Of a stretch of 64,000 nt of DNA, positions 47,850-61,300 are shown piece by piece. How positions within the stretch are numbered: the stretch's first letter is position 1; the number at the start of each line of letters is the position of its first letter. Below the pieces are notes generated by a model. It saw nothing but the letters and a program-made list of their open reading frames with translations. It was not told where the DNA came from and searched no databases. Location: positions 40,842 through 104,841 of the forward strand of contig CBFFRQ010000015.1 in the NCBI GenBank assembly GCA_965644315.1. Reading direction: 5' to 3'. Made by a program: the position numbers and the translations under genes. This DNA is from Caecitellus pseudoparvulus. Lineage: Eukaryota; Protista; Bigyra: Bicosoecida.

Positions 47850-49074
47850 TGCGAGCGAGGGGCGGGGAAGGCGATGCATGCACACACGAGAAAGTGTCGA
47901 GAAGCATGTGTTCGGCACAGGGGGATCAATGGAGTGCGCCAGCAGGCTGTGTGGGACCCGCTGCGTGCCTTGGCGAGGTGCGGCATTTGAGGCGCAGAAG
48001 GCCGCCGGCGACACTTGCGGAAGTCGATGTGAGCGTGACAAGGCCCACAGGCACCCACGAGTCACGTGAGGTGGCCCCAGAAATAGCAGAGCCCACAACA
48101 CTTGTGCACCCCGCCAGGCAGCAGCACAGTGCCTCAGGCCGCGCCAGGCAAGCCGCTTCAGCGGCCAGGGCGTTGGGACACAGTGCCGCAACACGAGCAG
48201 ACGGTCCACGCACATCAGCCGGGGGACCCGCCCCCGTCAAGTCCCGGAAATCCCGCGTCACTTCCGTCCGCGACAGGGGGTGAAAGCCTGCGCCAGAATA
48301 TACCGCAAGTGTGCATGGTTGCGCGGCAATCACGGCGTTCCCACACGGCAGTTGCAGGCTGTGCGAACGTGACACATGCCTCTGACACGGGGCGTACCTG
48401 ACAACGACGGAAGCGTCAGGACTCGTGCATAGACTGTCATGTCCTTTTGAGGGGGCTTGGCAGGCTTGGCCTGCCCCCTCTTCCTGTGAGCGGACGTGTG
48501 CAATGTCAAACGTGCGCTGGGTGCTGGGCGGGCGGGGCGACAGCATCACGGTTGACCGTACCGTTTATTGCGCGTGTGCATGGCTCAAACTGGGAGGACG
48601 ACTGGTCTGTGGGACTGTGCACCTCTTCTGAGAGTCTGGGCGCCGCCGAAGCCGAGGGTGCGCAGGCAGCCCTCTTGAACTTCGTCCGCTGCACCGCCTC
48701 AAATTCCGCACTGCGCTGGCAGACGCTGGCGTGGTGGAGGGCCGTCGGCAATGAAGCCGCAGGCGAAGCTTGCCACACATGCGAGGGGATCCCTGCACGT
48801 GGCTGAAGGGTGACGAGCAAGGAATTTGTGCAGGGCGAGGAGCGACGCGATCACTGCCCAGCTCTGCGCCCCTGCCGTAGGCAGGGGCAGCCAGAAAGCG
48901 TTCGAGCGTTGTGCGGTGGCTTGGCTCAATTTCCGCACCCTCGCACAGTCGGCGCCCAGTGCCTGAGGCGGGGCTCTTGCTGTTGCAACGTGCATTGCGT
49001 GAGCCACAACAGCAGCCGTCCACCCCACCTAGTTGTGTGTCAAACCCTTGAGCCTTGTGGCGGAGGCTGTGTGC

Positions 49075-49950
49075 TTACTCCTCCTCCTGGGCAGCCAGGG
49101 AGCGGGCCACGCGGTCCATCTCGGACAGGCCAGCGGAAGTGATGGTGCGGCCAGTGGACACCTTCTTGCCCTCCTCGTTCTCCATGGTGACAGTCTCCAC
49201 GACGCCGTTCTTGGTCAGCTGGGTCAGGACAGAGCGCAGCAGGCCACGGGCGGCCTTCTGGAAGCGCTGGGGGGCAGCGCCGCGGTTCTTGGGGCCACCG
49301 AACCAGTGTGCCAGGGCACCGACGCCAATGCGGGGGCGCAGGTACACCTTGCGGGCCACGGCGGCCATGCGCACGAAGTACCAGTCGGGGTTGGAGGGCT
49401 CCAGCTCCTTGTGCACTGTGCAGGGAAGCGCGAAACGAAGCATGTGAAGAGGGCAAAACAGGCACACACGTACAGGGCACAATGAGCGGGCAGTTGCGCA
49501 GTTGGCCTACGCCAGTGGCGGACAAAGGCTGAGCGGCCCTAGGCGGGCCAGCAGCAGGTCAACACTCCAGCGCCAGTGCAGGTCAGCAGCATTGGGGGCA
49601 GGCTCTTCCCAACTGTTGCACACCGCAGTCATGCACACTCAACGTACCACCAGTCTTGGCGTACTCAACCCACTCGGGGACCTGTGAGCGCGGGAACAGG
49701 GTGCAGGCTCCGTGAGGGTGCGGAATATGAGCCAGCAGGAGCACCCCGCGCAAGTCTCCAGCTGCAGCCCTTGCAGGCCAGCACTGCCCCACCCAAGCTG
49801 CAGCTGTCACAGACTGCCATAAACACCACGCACAGTGACCTTGCCAGACTTCTTCAGGAACGCGGCGTAGGCGTTGATGAAGGTCTCGGCGTGCACATCC
49901 TTGACGCCAGTGGGGACAGGGGCAGCGGGGGCGCCCTCGTAAGAAGCCAT
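49075..49950 (-). CDS. RPS19: 40S ribosomal protein S19e
   Basis: GVKDVHAETFINAYAAFLKKSGK / VPEWVEYAKTG / HKELEPSNPDWYFVRMAAVARKVYLR...GRTITSAGLSEMDRVA. Confidence 0.95.
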
Positions 49951-50235
49951 GCTGGATGCTGTGTGAAAGGGGGAGAAACCACCACAAATCACGTGCAGAC
50001 ACAATGCAGTTCAGTGGCTAGGGGTGCTCGGAAAGTATCAGAGGCTTGCGAGGCTGATTTCGTCTGGGCGGCAATTTTCGTGTTCCGTGAATGATACAAT
50101 TTCGAGACAGCAGATGCATTTTTCGCCCGCACCCCCACACACACGCCCACGCAGCGAAGCAACCTGGCACATGAGTCGCCCTCGGTCAATAAGGGCGGAA
50201 CTGTGCTGCCTTTGTTCCACAGCACGGCACTTCCA

Positions 50236-51332
50236 TCAACCTTGCGCCTGCAACTTCAGGTTCCGTGACAGGACATCCCGCGCCGCCTCCAGAGCCGATT
50301 TCACAGTCATCTCGCTGTAGGAAGACATACCCTGCAGAGAAACACAAAGATGGAACAGTGGGCATGTGCTGTGAATGCACATGGCTCACTGCTCTGCGCC
50401 ATACCTCGGGCACGGCGCCCTCCATGAGGACCCGTTCCTCCACCGCAGCTGGGTCTGTCTCGAACACCACTCTGTGAAGAAAGAGAAGCGCAGATGCCCC
50501 AGGAGTTGAAAAACAACCAAGGCATGAACACTGCACAGGCTGCACACACCCGCTGTCCACGGCCTCGTCCATGCACAGAAGCAGCAGTTCGATGCGCTCC
50601 AGCACGCTGGCCTTGTTGGTCCGGCCCCTGCGAACGCAGCACAGGCAGTCTCGTGCGGCACCACTGCCAAAGCCCAACCGCCATGCTGCACGCACTTCAA
50701 CAGGGATGTCAGGCTCGTGACCACTGCGTCCAACACTGCACTCAGGATGAGCTCATTCTGCAGGGCTGGCGAGAGTGACTGCTGCCAGGGACCGTCCTGC
50801 CAGACCACGCGGCCGGCCGCACCTCATCTGACGACCCGACAACGAAAAAGAACAAATCAGACTCTGAGCCCAGCCTGTACACGATCGTGCAGCCTTCCAG
50901 CAAACTAACTTCGGCTGCGCAGGGCTCCACGTGCGACACGTGACTGCACTAGACATGCACCAGGACCACTCTCGCGCTACTGACCATCTGCCCTGGCAGT
51001 GGCATTGCGAGTCTTGCGCTGCAGCTTCATTTCAAAAGCTCTCTGCGAGGGTGCGGCATGGCAAAGGCACCGTGCAGGGGCGTGCTAGCAAGGCGTGCCA
51101 TGCGCGTTTCATGCCCCGCGCACCTGCACTTCTTTCGTGGGGAATGTGGCGCTGTCGTAGTACTTCGTCGCCACACGCTCGCCGTCACTGTCCAGAACTA
51201 GCACAGCCTTCACCATGGGCATGCCTGTCTTCGGGCCCTCGCTGCCCTTGTCCAGAGCCGAGGATGCCTGCGAAAGCGGTTGGCTGGTGTGTCTCCTGTC
51301 GTTGCAATGGTGCTGCTTGGCAGCCATACCAT
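50236..51332 (-). CDS. COPZ1: Coatomer subunit zeta
   Basis: VKAVLVLDSDGERVATKYY, FFVVGSSDE/NELIL, LERIELLLLCMDEAVDSG/VVFETDP; many short introns; ATG-only first exon inferred. Confidence 0.88.
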
Positions 51333-51758
51333 GGCTCTCTTGGACGCCAAGTCAAACCACAACACAGGGAGTCTTCCACAACATACACAGGTCAAGGAAT
51401 GGCTCCAATCCTCAGTTTTGCCTCGGCGGCCGCTCTGCGCTGTGTGTGCGCTTGTGCAGTGAGAGCGAGGCGTCTGCATGGCACCACTTGGCGGATCGGC
51501 GCAGGGCCTGCTAGCGTGTTCGGAGGTCGGATGCTGCCGCATACATTGGATTCATCACCTTGCAATCGCAGGTTGGGGCAAGGGATCCGGTTCCTGCGCC
51601 ATGCATGCAGAGGAGGCCTGGAGGCAAAACTCTCCTCACACAACCTACATACCCTTGTTGCAGCGGTCTGCATCCAGATATCCTGCTTGACTGACTGCAG
51701 CAGGATCCCTCATTCTAACTGTAGAACGCGGACAAGCCACCGGCTCGATCCTGGCAAG

Positions 51759-53367
51759 TGAAGCCTTCGTTGGAGCACGATAGCTGCACGAAGGTTTGGA
51801 GCAAGGCCGTGGCTCACCTCGCCTTGGCACGCGGTCTTGGCCATCATGAGGCTGCCTGATGCTCCTGCCTCGATCAAAGCGGCCATCACCTTGGGACATA
51901 TCCTGTACTTCTGCTGCGTTGGGGTCGTGTTTGCTGCTCTAGCCACGAGACAATCGACCGTGCTCACGCGTGCCGGGCGGCTGCTGGCGTACGTTGCTTT
52001 CGTGAAGGCAGACGTCGACATCGGGCCTGCTGCGTGGCAGGTGTCCTTCTGGATAGCTGTTGGGTGGACCTGGACCATGGCTGCCGCGTGTGCGTGGGTG
52101 CACTGGGGTGGGAGCTCTCGTTCCTCGAGGGTGTGGCAAAGAGGGGTTGACAGGCCACCCGCTCAAGCCCAGGCACCATCGCGCGGGTGTGAGCCAGTGA
52201 ACATGGCGTATGGACAGCCTTGCCCTGCGAAGTCGTCTGTGTGGTCTTGGCAGAAGTGCCCAATAGCGTGGCTGGCCCACGTGCCGGTGGGGTCCACAGG
52301 GTCTCCTGGCAGGCGAGTGGCCACCAAGGCGTTGCCACCACCGTCATACCCAGGCCAGTACAACACACCAGACTCAGCATCGAAGGCAGAGAGGGACTGG
52401 AACGTCGAGGGCCAGGGGGCAAGGGCGCGGCGGGAGGAGGGGAGCAGGGTGGCGCCACCCGCATCGGACGCATTCAGCCACCCGCCCACGAGGAAGGAGG
52501 AGCCATTGGGGAAGGTGACGTGGCCCAGGCCCACCCCTATGGAGCTGCCTGGCAGACTGTGCACTGTGGCCAGTGTGCCCCGCGCGCCAGCCCCAGCCCA
52601 AGGCACTGGCAGGCGGGCTGGAATGCACTGTGCAGAGCAGGTGGGCAGGTGCACACTGAGCCAGCAGGGGGCACCATCCTCTGCACGGTCCACAGAGATG
52701 ACCAGGCGCTGAGCAGCGCTGGCGAAGAAGCCAGGGGACTGGGGAGGTGCTGAGAAGCTGTTTTGAGGGACATACCCAGGCACCTTGCACTGGACTGCCT
52801 GGGGGTGGGCAGAGGCACCCAGGGGCAGCGTGGTCACGATGAGCACGCTACTGTCCTGAACACTGAAGCCTGACACCACAGCAGTGGAAGCACACACGCC
52901 AGGGGCAGTGGGCGGCATCAGGCCCAGCGCCATGCCACCTCCGAAGATGCCGCCCGCATCAAGGAGCGGAGCGGGGACGCGCGCGACAATGGCCCCAGAG
53001 GTGAGGTTCGTGCCCAGCACATACGCACCATGCGTCTTGCCGTCAAAGGTGCGGTTGAGACCTGGGCGGCGCGGGGTGGGGTGGGCATGGCGTCGGCGTG
53101 GTGGGCTGGTGTTGACCCAGCGTTTCACACGAAACCCTCACCCATGACGTAGGCAATGTTGCAGGCTTCATCCACCACAGCCAGCTGGCTCCTCCATGTC
53201 CACAGAGTGAAGGCATCTCCATATGGGTCAATGCTGGCCGTTGACAGGTTTACCACGGCAGGTCCTGCGTGGCTGGACCATGCAAAGAGTGGCGCTGGCA
53301 CTGCGACCACGGCACCAAGCAGGGCAGCAGCGGCGACCAGTGTGGCCACTGCCGAGGGGCTTCGCAT
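51759..53367 (-). CDS. Predicted secreted protein, unknown function (3' end uncertain)
   Basis: Signal peptide MRSPSAVATLVAAAALLGAVVA; spliced into ORF 52163-53128; may continue into ORF 51710-52078. Confidence 0.5.
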
Positions 53368-53625
53368 GGCGGGTGGGTTGATGCGTGAGGTGGAGAGGAT
53401 GTGTAGCGGCGTTGTGCGGTGGTGTGATTGATTTAGAATGCTGTTGCGTGTGACAATGAGCTGCCGTTGACAGTTGCCTTGTTGGAGGAGCTGCTGTGGC
53501 GATTGACTGTCAGGCTGAAAATAAGATCCCCCGTAGCGACATCCATGTAAATAATGTATTTTTCGGTTCATGTACGGTTCTTGTGCAGTTGTTTGGCAGG
53601 CAGGGCAGGGAGCAGAGTGGCTGGC

Positions 53626-55201
53626 ATGGCCCGGAATCGATTTCCGCAAGAAGCGAAAGACGGCAATGAAGGCGGCAAGCCCGGTGTGGGGGGTGAACGC
53701 GGAGGAGGCAACAGCCCCGATGCCTGGGGTGTGGTGATCACAGTGTCTGCGCTGTTCATGGCCTATGCAGGATACTGCTTCGTGCGCCAGACGCCTGCTC
53801 TGTAGGTCTCGCGATGTGCCAAGTGTGGCCCAGCTCGCGACACATCTCGCTCACGCGCCCTGCTCGGCACACGTCACTTTGAACTGGCACACTTCGCCCA
53901 ATTATTGCAGATGGCTAGGTGCGCTCGCAGAGCACCTTTCTGCTGACTCCTCCGCCGTGGGCACTGTCGTGTTTGCCTTCCAAGTTACGATGGGGGCCTC
54001 GAAGGTGCTCAGCGGGCGCCTGGTGACGGCCCTGCCCCCCGCCAGCTTGCTGTGTGGGGCACTGCTCACGTGCGGTGCGTGCAGCTGCGCTTCTGCAGCC
54101 CTTGCATGGGCGCTACCAGGTGCGGGCGCTGGCTCGCCTGCCACCTTGTTGGCCCTGGGAGTCCTGTGGGGTGTGATGGGGTTGGCTCAGGGTGTTGGGT
54201 GGGGGGCATTGGTGGGGGTGTTGCTTCTCGCCCGGCCCTCCCCATCTGGGCGCGGCACGCTGTATGCGGTGCTGTCCGCGTCGCAGAACGTGGGGGCCGC
54301 AGCAGTGCCCTTGGCCCTGGTGCCGGTTCTTGCCGAGTGGAAGGGGGGTGGTGTCTGCGGCAACCTTGCTCGCACATCTGCCTTGTGGCACGCGTTGTGC
54401 TCGGACTGGGGGGCGCCCCTTGCGCTCCCAGGCTTGACATGCATGGCCTTGTCCCTTGCACTGTGGGCCATTTTGGCTGCCGCCTTACCCTCTTCTCTTC
54501 AAGTCCCCGTACCCAGCTCGGGGTCCGCTGGCTCGGCATCCACAGATACCACGGCCGCAGGCACTAGGAGCCCTCTTGCAGATCCACAGCAATGGCTGCT
54601 TGCGGGCGGGTACTTTTGCATTTCGTTCGTGCGCTCCGTCCTCAGCACGTGGATGCTAGTGGCCTTACCTGTGTGGAGCGGTGGGAGGCTGGGGGCGGCG
54701 GAGGCGGCGGCAGCGTTGGCCGCCGTTGAGACGGGTGGATTCCTCGGCAGCTGGGCGGCAGGCCTCGCCTCAGATACATGGTTTGCTGGGCGCCGTGCGC
54801 CCGTTATGGTGCTTGCAGCAGCCATCCTTGCAGCAGGCCTGGCTGGCATTCCTTGGGTGTTGGGGGCTGGCTCGCCGCCTGCGGGCAAGGACACCCTGCC
54901 TGCGGCAGCTGTCAGCGGCGTGTTTGGTGTGGTCGGTGCCGGAGCTTTTGCGTGGCACATGCTAGTGGGGTTGCTCTCCCGCGAGCTCGCCCCTCCTCGC
55001 AGCCGGGAGGTTGCCGGCGGCTTCGTGAAGGGAGTGGCGCAGGTGGGTGCGGCAGTGGGTGCGTGGCCTGCCGCTGCCTTGGCAGTGGCTGTGGGGTGGC
55101 AGACGGTCTTTTGGCTCCTCGTAGCTGCTGCAGTACTGTCTGGCGTGTGCATTGCCCCCCTCTTGCCAGCGCGTGCGCCAGCCCCGTCCAAGACAACGTG
55201 A
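53626..55201 (+). CDS. MFS transporter, GlpT/UhpC/SLC37-like
   Basis: LFMAYAGYCFVR, GASKVLSG, GLAQGVGW, RGTLYAVLSASQNVG, AGLASDTWFAGRRAPV; many TM segments; one intron ~53806-53910. Confidence 0.85.
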
Positions 55202-55245
55202 TACACGCCCAGCCAGCACGCGGCACGCGGCGAGGTGGAAGGAGA

Positions 55246-57029
55246 TCACGCATGTACTCGCTCCAAAATGGCCAGGAAGAAGCCACCCGACGTGTCTCCT
55301 TCGAAGGGGTTCACACACACGCAGTGTTCCGGCACAAAACCCACATCTCCCGCCAAGTCCACTGACGCCGCCTCGCCACCTTCTGTCCGCTGCCGTTTGG
55401 CACCTTGTCCCAACAGCGCCGCGGCAGCGTGTGCGTCAGCAGGCAGCTCGTCTGCCTCTGGCTGATCCCCCCGCCTGTGCCACCAAGGCAGGGCAGGCAC
55501 GAGGCGCCAGCTGAGGCCGTCAGCGTTGGCCTCGGCCAGGGCGCCCAACACGACGGCTTCATTCTCCTGTCGGAACACAGAACACGTCGAGTACGAGATG
55601 CGACGTACAGCTGGGAAGGACATGGCGTGCAGCAGCGCCTTGAGCTGGAAGGCTGCCAGCGCAGCGACAGTGTCGGAGGTGGCGGTGACAGGGGCTGCAG
55701 CGGGGGCGCCGTGCCCCCCCCCTGCAGCCGCCTTGCCACTTCGGGGGCGCTTCTGCCCGCCGTGACGACCACCTTTGCGCTGGCGCGCGGCAGCTTGCGA
55801 GAACACGCTGTGCTCTGGCGCCACCTCTGGCAGCGCAGCGCCCAGGTCCGCGGCGGCGTGGTCCACACGGCTGACCATCCCAGAGCCTGAACAGGAAGGG
55901 TCCAGCAAAATGCACCGTACCTTCTGCAGGGCGGGGTCAGCGGGGTCACTGGCGAGGAAGTCTTGTTGCTGGGGCTTGATCCAGGCGTCCACTTTGAGCT
56001 GGCTCATGCGACGCTTGAGCACTCCTAGGCGCTTCGGGCTCCGATCGAAGGCAATGACTTGGGCATGCTCGGGCGTCAGGCCAGCTGCTGCCAACATTGC
56101 GGCAGCGTGTCTGTGTAGGGGGGCGGGGCTGTGAGGGGAGCGGAGAGCAGCAACTAGCGACGCTGCACGCACGCTGTCTTGTTGCCTGGCGCCGCGCAGG
56201 CGTCCAGGACGTCAAATGCGCCTTGGATTTCCCCAGTGGGCCCCACCATGGTGACGCATGATGCCAAGCAGGGCGGAAGGGAAGAAGTTGCGAACGTCTG
56301 GTTGGCGTCGCCCTCTGCCGCGGGCTCGTTTGCCTCGGCACAGAGCAGAGCGATGGCCGGCAGGCAAGAAGAGCGGTCCTGCAGCACTAGCTGCCCCGAG
56401 GCAACCATCTTGTGCCGAGCCGCGGCTGGTGCAGTGGCAGCTGGCAGTGACAGGACACCTGGCAGGCGAGGCTCGGCGACGTGGGCGAGGCTGGGGACTT
56501 CGCCTGCGCCAGGCAGCGTGTCTGGGAAGAGGCCAGGGCCGGCTGCAGTCCAAGCAAGGTTCAGGTCTGGGCACTGCACGCGATTGACACGGATGTATCG
56601 CGGCAAGGCTGTGCCAGCGGGCGCCCCGTCAGCTGTGGCCGCTGCCGCGCTGCTTGAGGCTGGGGGAACAGCGGGTGCGGAAATTGAAGCTGTCACCACG
56701 CTGAGCGCAGCTTTGAGCTCCCCTGCGAGGCCCATGACGAGGCGCTTCAGCTTGCCCCCGCCACGGATCTTCCCACTACCCCACAGCACATCGTACACCA
56801 TCACGATCACCTGGCTCAAGTCGTCGATGTCCGCGGCCTTGGCAGCTTGCAACAAGCCAGCTTTGTGAGCAACACTGTCCAGCACGCTCCTGCGCTTCAA
56901 AGACTCAGCCACCAAGGCAAAAATGGCACGCGTGTGTTTGAAACGGCCATTGTACGCAGCGTCTTTCAGGCCCCGCCCATTCAGCACTTGGTGCAGCAGT
57001 GTGCCTGCCTCAGCATACACAGATGCCAT
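55246..57029 (-). CDS. NSUN5: rRNA cytosine-C5 methyltransferase (NSUN5/Rcm1)
   Basis: LPRYIRVN, LVLQDRSSCLPA, VLDACAAPGNKT, ILLDPSCSGSG, ISYSTCSVFRQENEAVV, GFFLA. Confidence 0.9.
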
Positions 57030-57180
57030 CCTCCTGCGAGACCAGTCTTGACTTGATGCGGCGGCAGTGGTGACAGAGCAAAGACTGGCGCCAAGTCTAG
57101 TATGGCCCAGCGCTGCTCCATTTCGTGGGTGGGGCGGCGGAGGTTGAGATTTGGCCAGGCCCGTCACTGGAGGATGGCCC

Positions 57181-57520
57181 ACTAGTAATTTGCAAGTTCA
57201 AAGTGTTTTTTACTAAGTGAGAATCTTGTACTAGTGCGAAGACAATGGAAAAATATCGTGCTAGTGTGAGCATGAGGGTCAGTGTGCACGCAGTCAGCTG
57301 TGCTAGTGTCAAGTCCGTGCTAGTGAAGTGCTTGAAAGCCGCAGAGGCGATGTGAAATACTAGTGTGCTTGGGGTTTGCCAAAACTGCACATCACCCTGT
57401 TCACTAGGGGTGGGTTGTGCGCTAGTGCGTCAGACCTGTCCAAAGCGTCGCTAGTGTGAGCGCGGTAGGCAGGATTCACGAGGGCCAGCTGTACTAGTGA
57501 GGTGAGCTGTACTAGTGCAG
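57181..57520. repeat. Left subterminal CTAG(TG) array
   Basis: CTAG at 57182, 57231, 57261, 57303, 57320, 57360, 57404, 57422, 57451, 57494, 57512. Confidence 0.9.
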
Positions 57521-58038
57521 CAGCAAGCTCGAGCTGACGTTGTGGGTGGAGCAGACCTCTCTCGTACACACACCAATAAACACAATGTTGGTGCAGTCTT
57601 CGACTCTGTGTGCCATCTTCATCGTTGTCTCACAACTACCACGGCTTTTGTTTGGACCATGATCATGCTATCGGGCTAGGAAGAGCCCTGCGTCGACTGG
57701 TGTGGCGTTTCGCTTCTAACGGGTTCTCCGCGCCTCTCCCATGCGGAACCGGGTAGGACTCCCACCAGGTCCCCGGCCCCTGGAAAACCTACCATGACTT
57801 ATGCTTAGGTTTGGCCGGCCCTGGCGCCTTGTGGTGGGCTTGTGCTAGCGGTGTTGGACGGCTTCGCCGTGATGCAAGTGCCTGGCGCACGCAGCTTCGC
57901 AACGTTCGCTGCCACAAGACAGGCTCGGTGCATTGGCATGGATGAAATGTGAGGGAGGCCTGATGAAAGGTGGTCCATCCGTGCTGCAGCATGGAACTTC
58001 TCTTGTCAGCCAGCGTGTGGCGCAAAGCTCTCACAAGC

Positions 58039-61000
58039 TCAGTGCTGCCGCGCTGTGATGGTCGGCAGCCAGAAGAGAACCGGGTCACCATCCGGCTCCT
58101 CTGTGTAAGTGTGCCCCTCCACTACTGTGGGGTGAACCACCGCTGGAGCGATGAGAACACTGCCACCCACTGCGTTGGCTGGGGGGGCGACATCCAGCGG
58201 GTTCACGTACTTCCATCCAGCTATACATGCGTGGGCCTCGTCTGGGTGCAAGAATGTCCCCAACAACACCACCTCCTCAATCGAGGCATCTTTCTCATGG
58301 TCCTGGGGTGCATCACCAACAAGAGCAGCGACAGCACGGAACAACCCACTCCCAATGGCTGGCGCGGCTGCCCCTTGTTGCTGCTCCTCACGCACAACCA
58401 CGAAAGCGGGGAAGCACAGCGTCGACGTGTTCCCGCCTGGGAAGCACATCAAGACGGTGCTGCACAGCCGTACTTGTCCCACCATCCTATCTCCAGTACC
58501 AACTGTGCTGGAGACGCTCTGCAGCATGGTATTCACGTCCCCTAGAGGTAAGACCCCATCCAGAGACATTCCGGCCACGCAGGGCTCCAAGGCTGCGCGG
58601 ATTGTGCGGGCCAGCCCACTGTCTTCCCTGTCGAGCAGTTGCCAGACAGTGATTGGTGATCGGAGGACCTCGCGAGCCTTTGTTACAGGGGACAGGTACG
58701 GCATCTCTGGCAGCGGGCTGCCTTGCAGCAGGCAAGCAAGCTCTTCCCCAGCCACCTGTGATGAGGCGCTCGTCACCCATGCCTCGCTTACCAGCATGTC
58801 TCGGCGGATGGATGCGTACGTCAACAACTTTGGCATATTGGCTGCCCCAAACGCAGAGTTGCACAGCTTCCACAGGCGGATGAGAGCGGGGTGCCGGCCC
58901 TCCCCGTTGTCAGTGTCCAGCGCTGCAACTACCCCAAAGCCTGCCACAGCTGCAGGAAGGTGCTGTATCTCGTGGGCCTTGGGATAGTGTGTGCTGGTGT
59001 CGCATGAAAAACTACTCCCTCCGGACTTGGAGGCTGCCTCTTGCACAAGCTCAGCGATCAGCTCCTGCGTGCCAACCATCCGAGCTAGCCAAACCTGCAT
59101 GCCAAGCAGGGCCGCTTCGTCCAGTGTGTCTCGCACATACATGTATGCCTGTACTACCAGTGTACAGTGACACAGCACTTGCACCATGGTGTGCAGCTGG
59201 GGATCAGCAATAATGTCTTGGTTGTGTCCGACGATGAGTGGCAACCACTGCGCCCTGCTAACGCGCTCGGCCGACCGCATCATACCCCCAGCATTCTGCC
59301 GCCATGGCAGTGCTCTTCCTCCATCAAGCCGAGTTCCGTTTATGGTCACACCCTTGACGGCCTCCCATCGGCTTTTAAGGAGTGCTTCCCTCGCAGCAAG
59401 TCCTGGACCGACAGTCATCGCAGCTAGGACAAACCTTTCGCAGCGGGCCGCTACAGCCCCCGTGTCGGCCGCGTGGATGGGATCTGGAGGCCTCAGGAAG
59501 CACAGCCGGGTTCCTAGTACCTTCTCAGCCGCTTCCCACGCGCTGAGTGCCCCTCTGCGATGTCCAGTGGCCGCGGCTGCCTCATCGCTGCCGGCTCCCT
59601 CTCCCCCTACCCTGAGCTGACAGTGTTTCAGCGATGCCAGCGAGGACAGCTGTGGACCGGGGACACAGCGACACTGCACGCACCGCCGATGGAGCAAGTC
59701 AAACTGATCCCACGCTTCCACCATGTCCGCCGACAGCTGGATAATGCAAGGCATCATCTGCACATACTCCACCAGCTGCCTCGGGCGACTGTGTGCGGTC
59801 ACCTGTGACACCCTGTACCCAGCAGACTTCAGTGCAAGGGACTGCTCTGGAGTCACCTCCTTGGGAATGCCGCCCATCTTCTGGATCGCGAGCAAGGGTT
59901 GGAGGACAAGGCTCAAAACCATGGACTGTGCTGCTTGTGCTGTGGCCGCAGCCGAAGTCAGGCCCGCCTCTCGCAGCACGTTGTCATCCTTGGGAAGTCT
60001 CTTTGGGCTCGGGGGCATGGCGAGCAATGTTGCCCTGTGCGCCTTGCGCATGGAGGCAGCATCCCCCGCAAGCGGCCAGAGCATCATGGGATACAATGCA
60101 TGCTTCCCAGCCCCATCAGGGTGCACTTCGTCCATGAAAATGACCAGCGGCATGGATAGCGCCCCGCGCGCCTTGGCGCGTTCAGCCGCATTGCGCAGGA
60201 AGACGCCATTGGATGGATGGCTCCATGTCTGTCCTGCCGCCCCAGCTTCGGATGGACGGAACTGTTTTTCAACGCTGACCGGATCTCTGAGGCTACAATG
60301 GCCAACCTCGAGGGGGGCAGGGAGCGAGATCTCCCCACCGCCCGGTAGCTGCAAGGCGTCCTTCATGCGTCTCCAATGCGCTGTCGCCAGCCCGTCTGCA
60401 AAGTGGAACTTTTCTTTCACCTTCATGGCAGCGCTATTGTGTGCTGGCAGCTTAAGTGTTGATGGGAACCACTCTGGACTGGCGACGCCACCTCCTCGGT
60501 GAGGGGCGAAGTCCTCCAGTGGTACTTCGGCAGCCGTGCATATAAGCACGTCCCACAGTGGCATGGAAGGCACTTCGCACTGTCCACCTGCCAGTCCCTT
60601 GGGTAAAGGTACAGTGATGGAGATCGGGGAGGGGGTTCCTTCCGCGGCGATCTCCAGCAGCTTGTCGATGCTTGGCACCATGGGACACTGTGGAGCTGTG
60701 CGATGCTCCTGACGAAGAAGCACCTCAGAAGTCTTGATCGTCTTGTTGTGCTCCTTGATGATCTCCGTCAGCACACTCTTGCTGGCGTTGAAGCGCAGCA
60801 GACACTTGAGTATGGTCCGGCCCATGCCCCCTCCAATGCCTCCACCACTACCCGCACTCTGTGCTGACAGCCGATCAGCGTGCGCTATGGCTCTGGCGAC
60901 CAGCTCGGTGTGGCGTGGAGGGATGTGCTTTGCTGCTCCGGGTTGCTTTCGTGGTCCCCCGGTTGGCTGGGGAAGAGCTGGCTGTGCCATCTGGGCTTGG

Positions 61001-61300
61001 ACGGTGGCGGCGACAGGCTCAACAACCAAAGCAAAGGGTGACCCCCCCTTGTGAGTGCCCGGCTGCCATGCGCTTGGCACCCACATCATGTTGAGGCCGC
61101 GCCGCGGCTTGCTGGTGGCGCTTGCGTTCAAGGCGAGTAGTTCGAGCTTCTGAAGCCAGCCGCTCCTGAACCTCACGAAGCCGTTGGACTTGTGCTTCTT
61201 TGTACGCCTTCATCCGCCTGCGACGACAATGGACCATATGGCCGCCAAGAGCTCGTTCGTCGTCGAACTCCTTGTTGCAGAGCTTGCAGCGGGCGCTCAT
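58039..61300 (-). CDS. Plavaka-type DDE transposase with N-terminal zinc finger
   Basis: Exon 61300-61085 (CKLC...HMVHC), intron GTGGGT..CCCAG 61084-60991, exon 60990-58039. Motifs PLVIFMDE..G.H.LYPMML, SADMVE...CVQC, PDPIH..DTG, YPKAHEIQH...FG...DTDNGEGRH. Confidence 0.8.

Noticed and set aside
49418-49836. Intronic snoRNA in RPS19
   Set aside because: No convincing C box (RTGATGA) and D box pair or H/ACA structure by eye.
22500-57000. Numerous 60-470-aa overlapping ORFs in the six-frame track
   Set aside because: Expected in high-GC DNA with few stop codons; they overlap better-supported genes and lack motifs.
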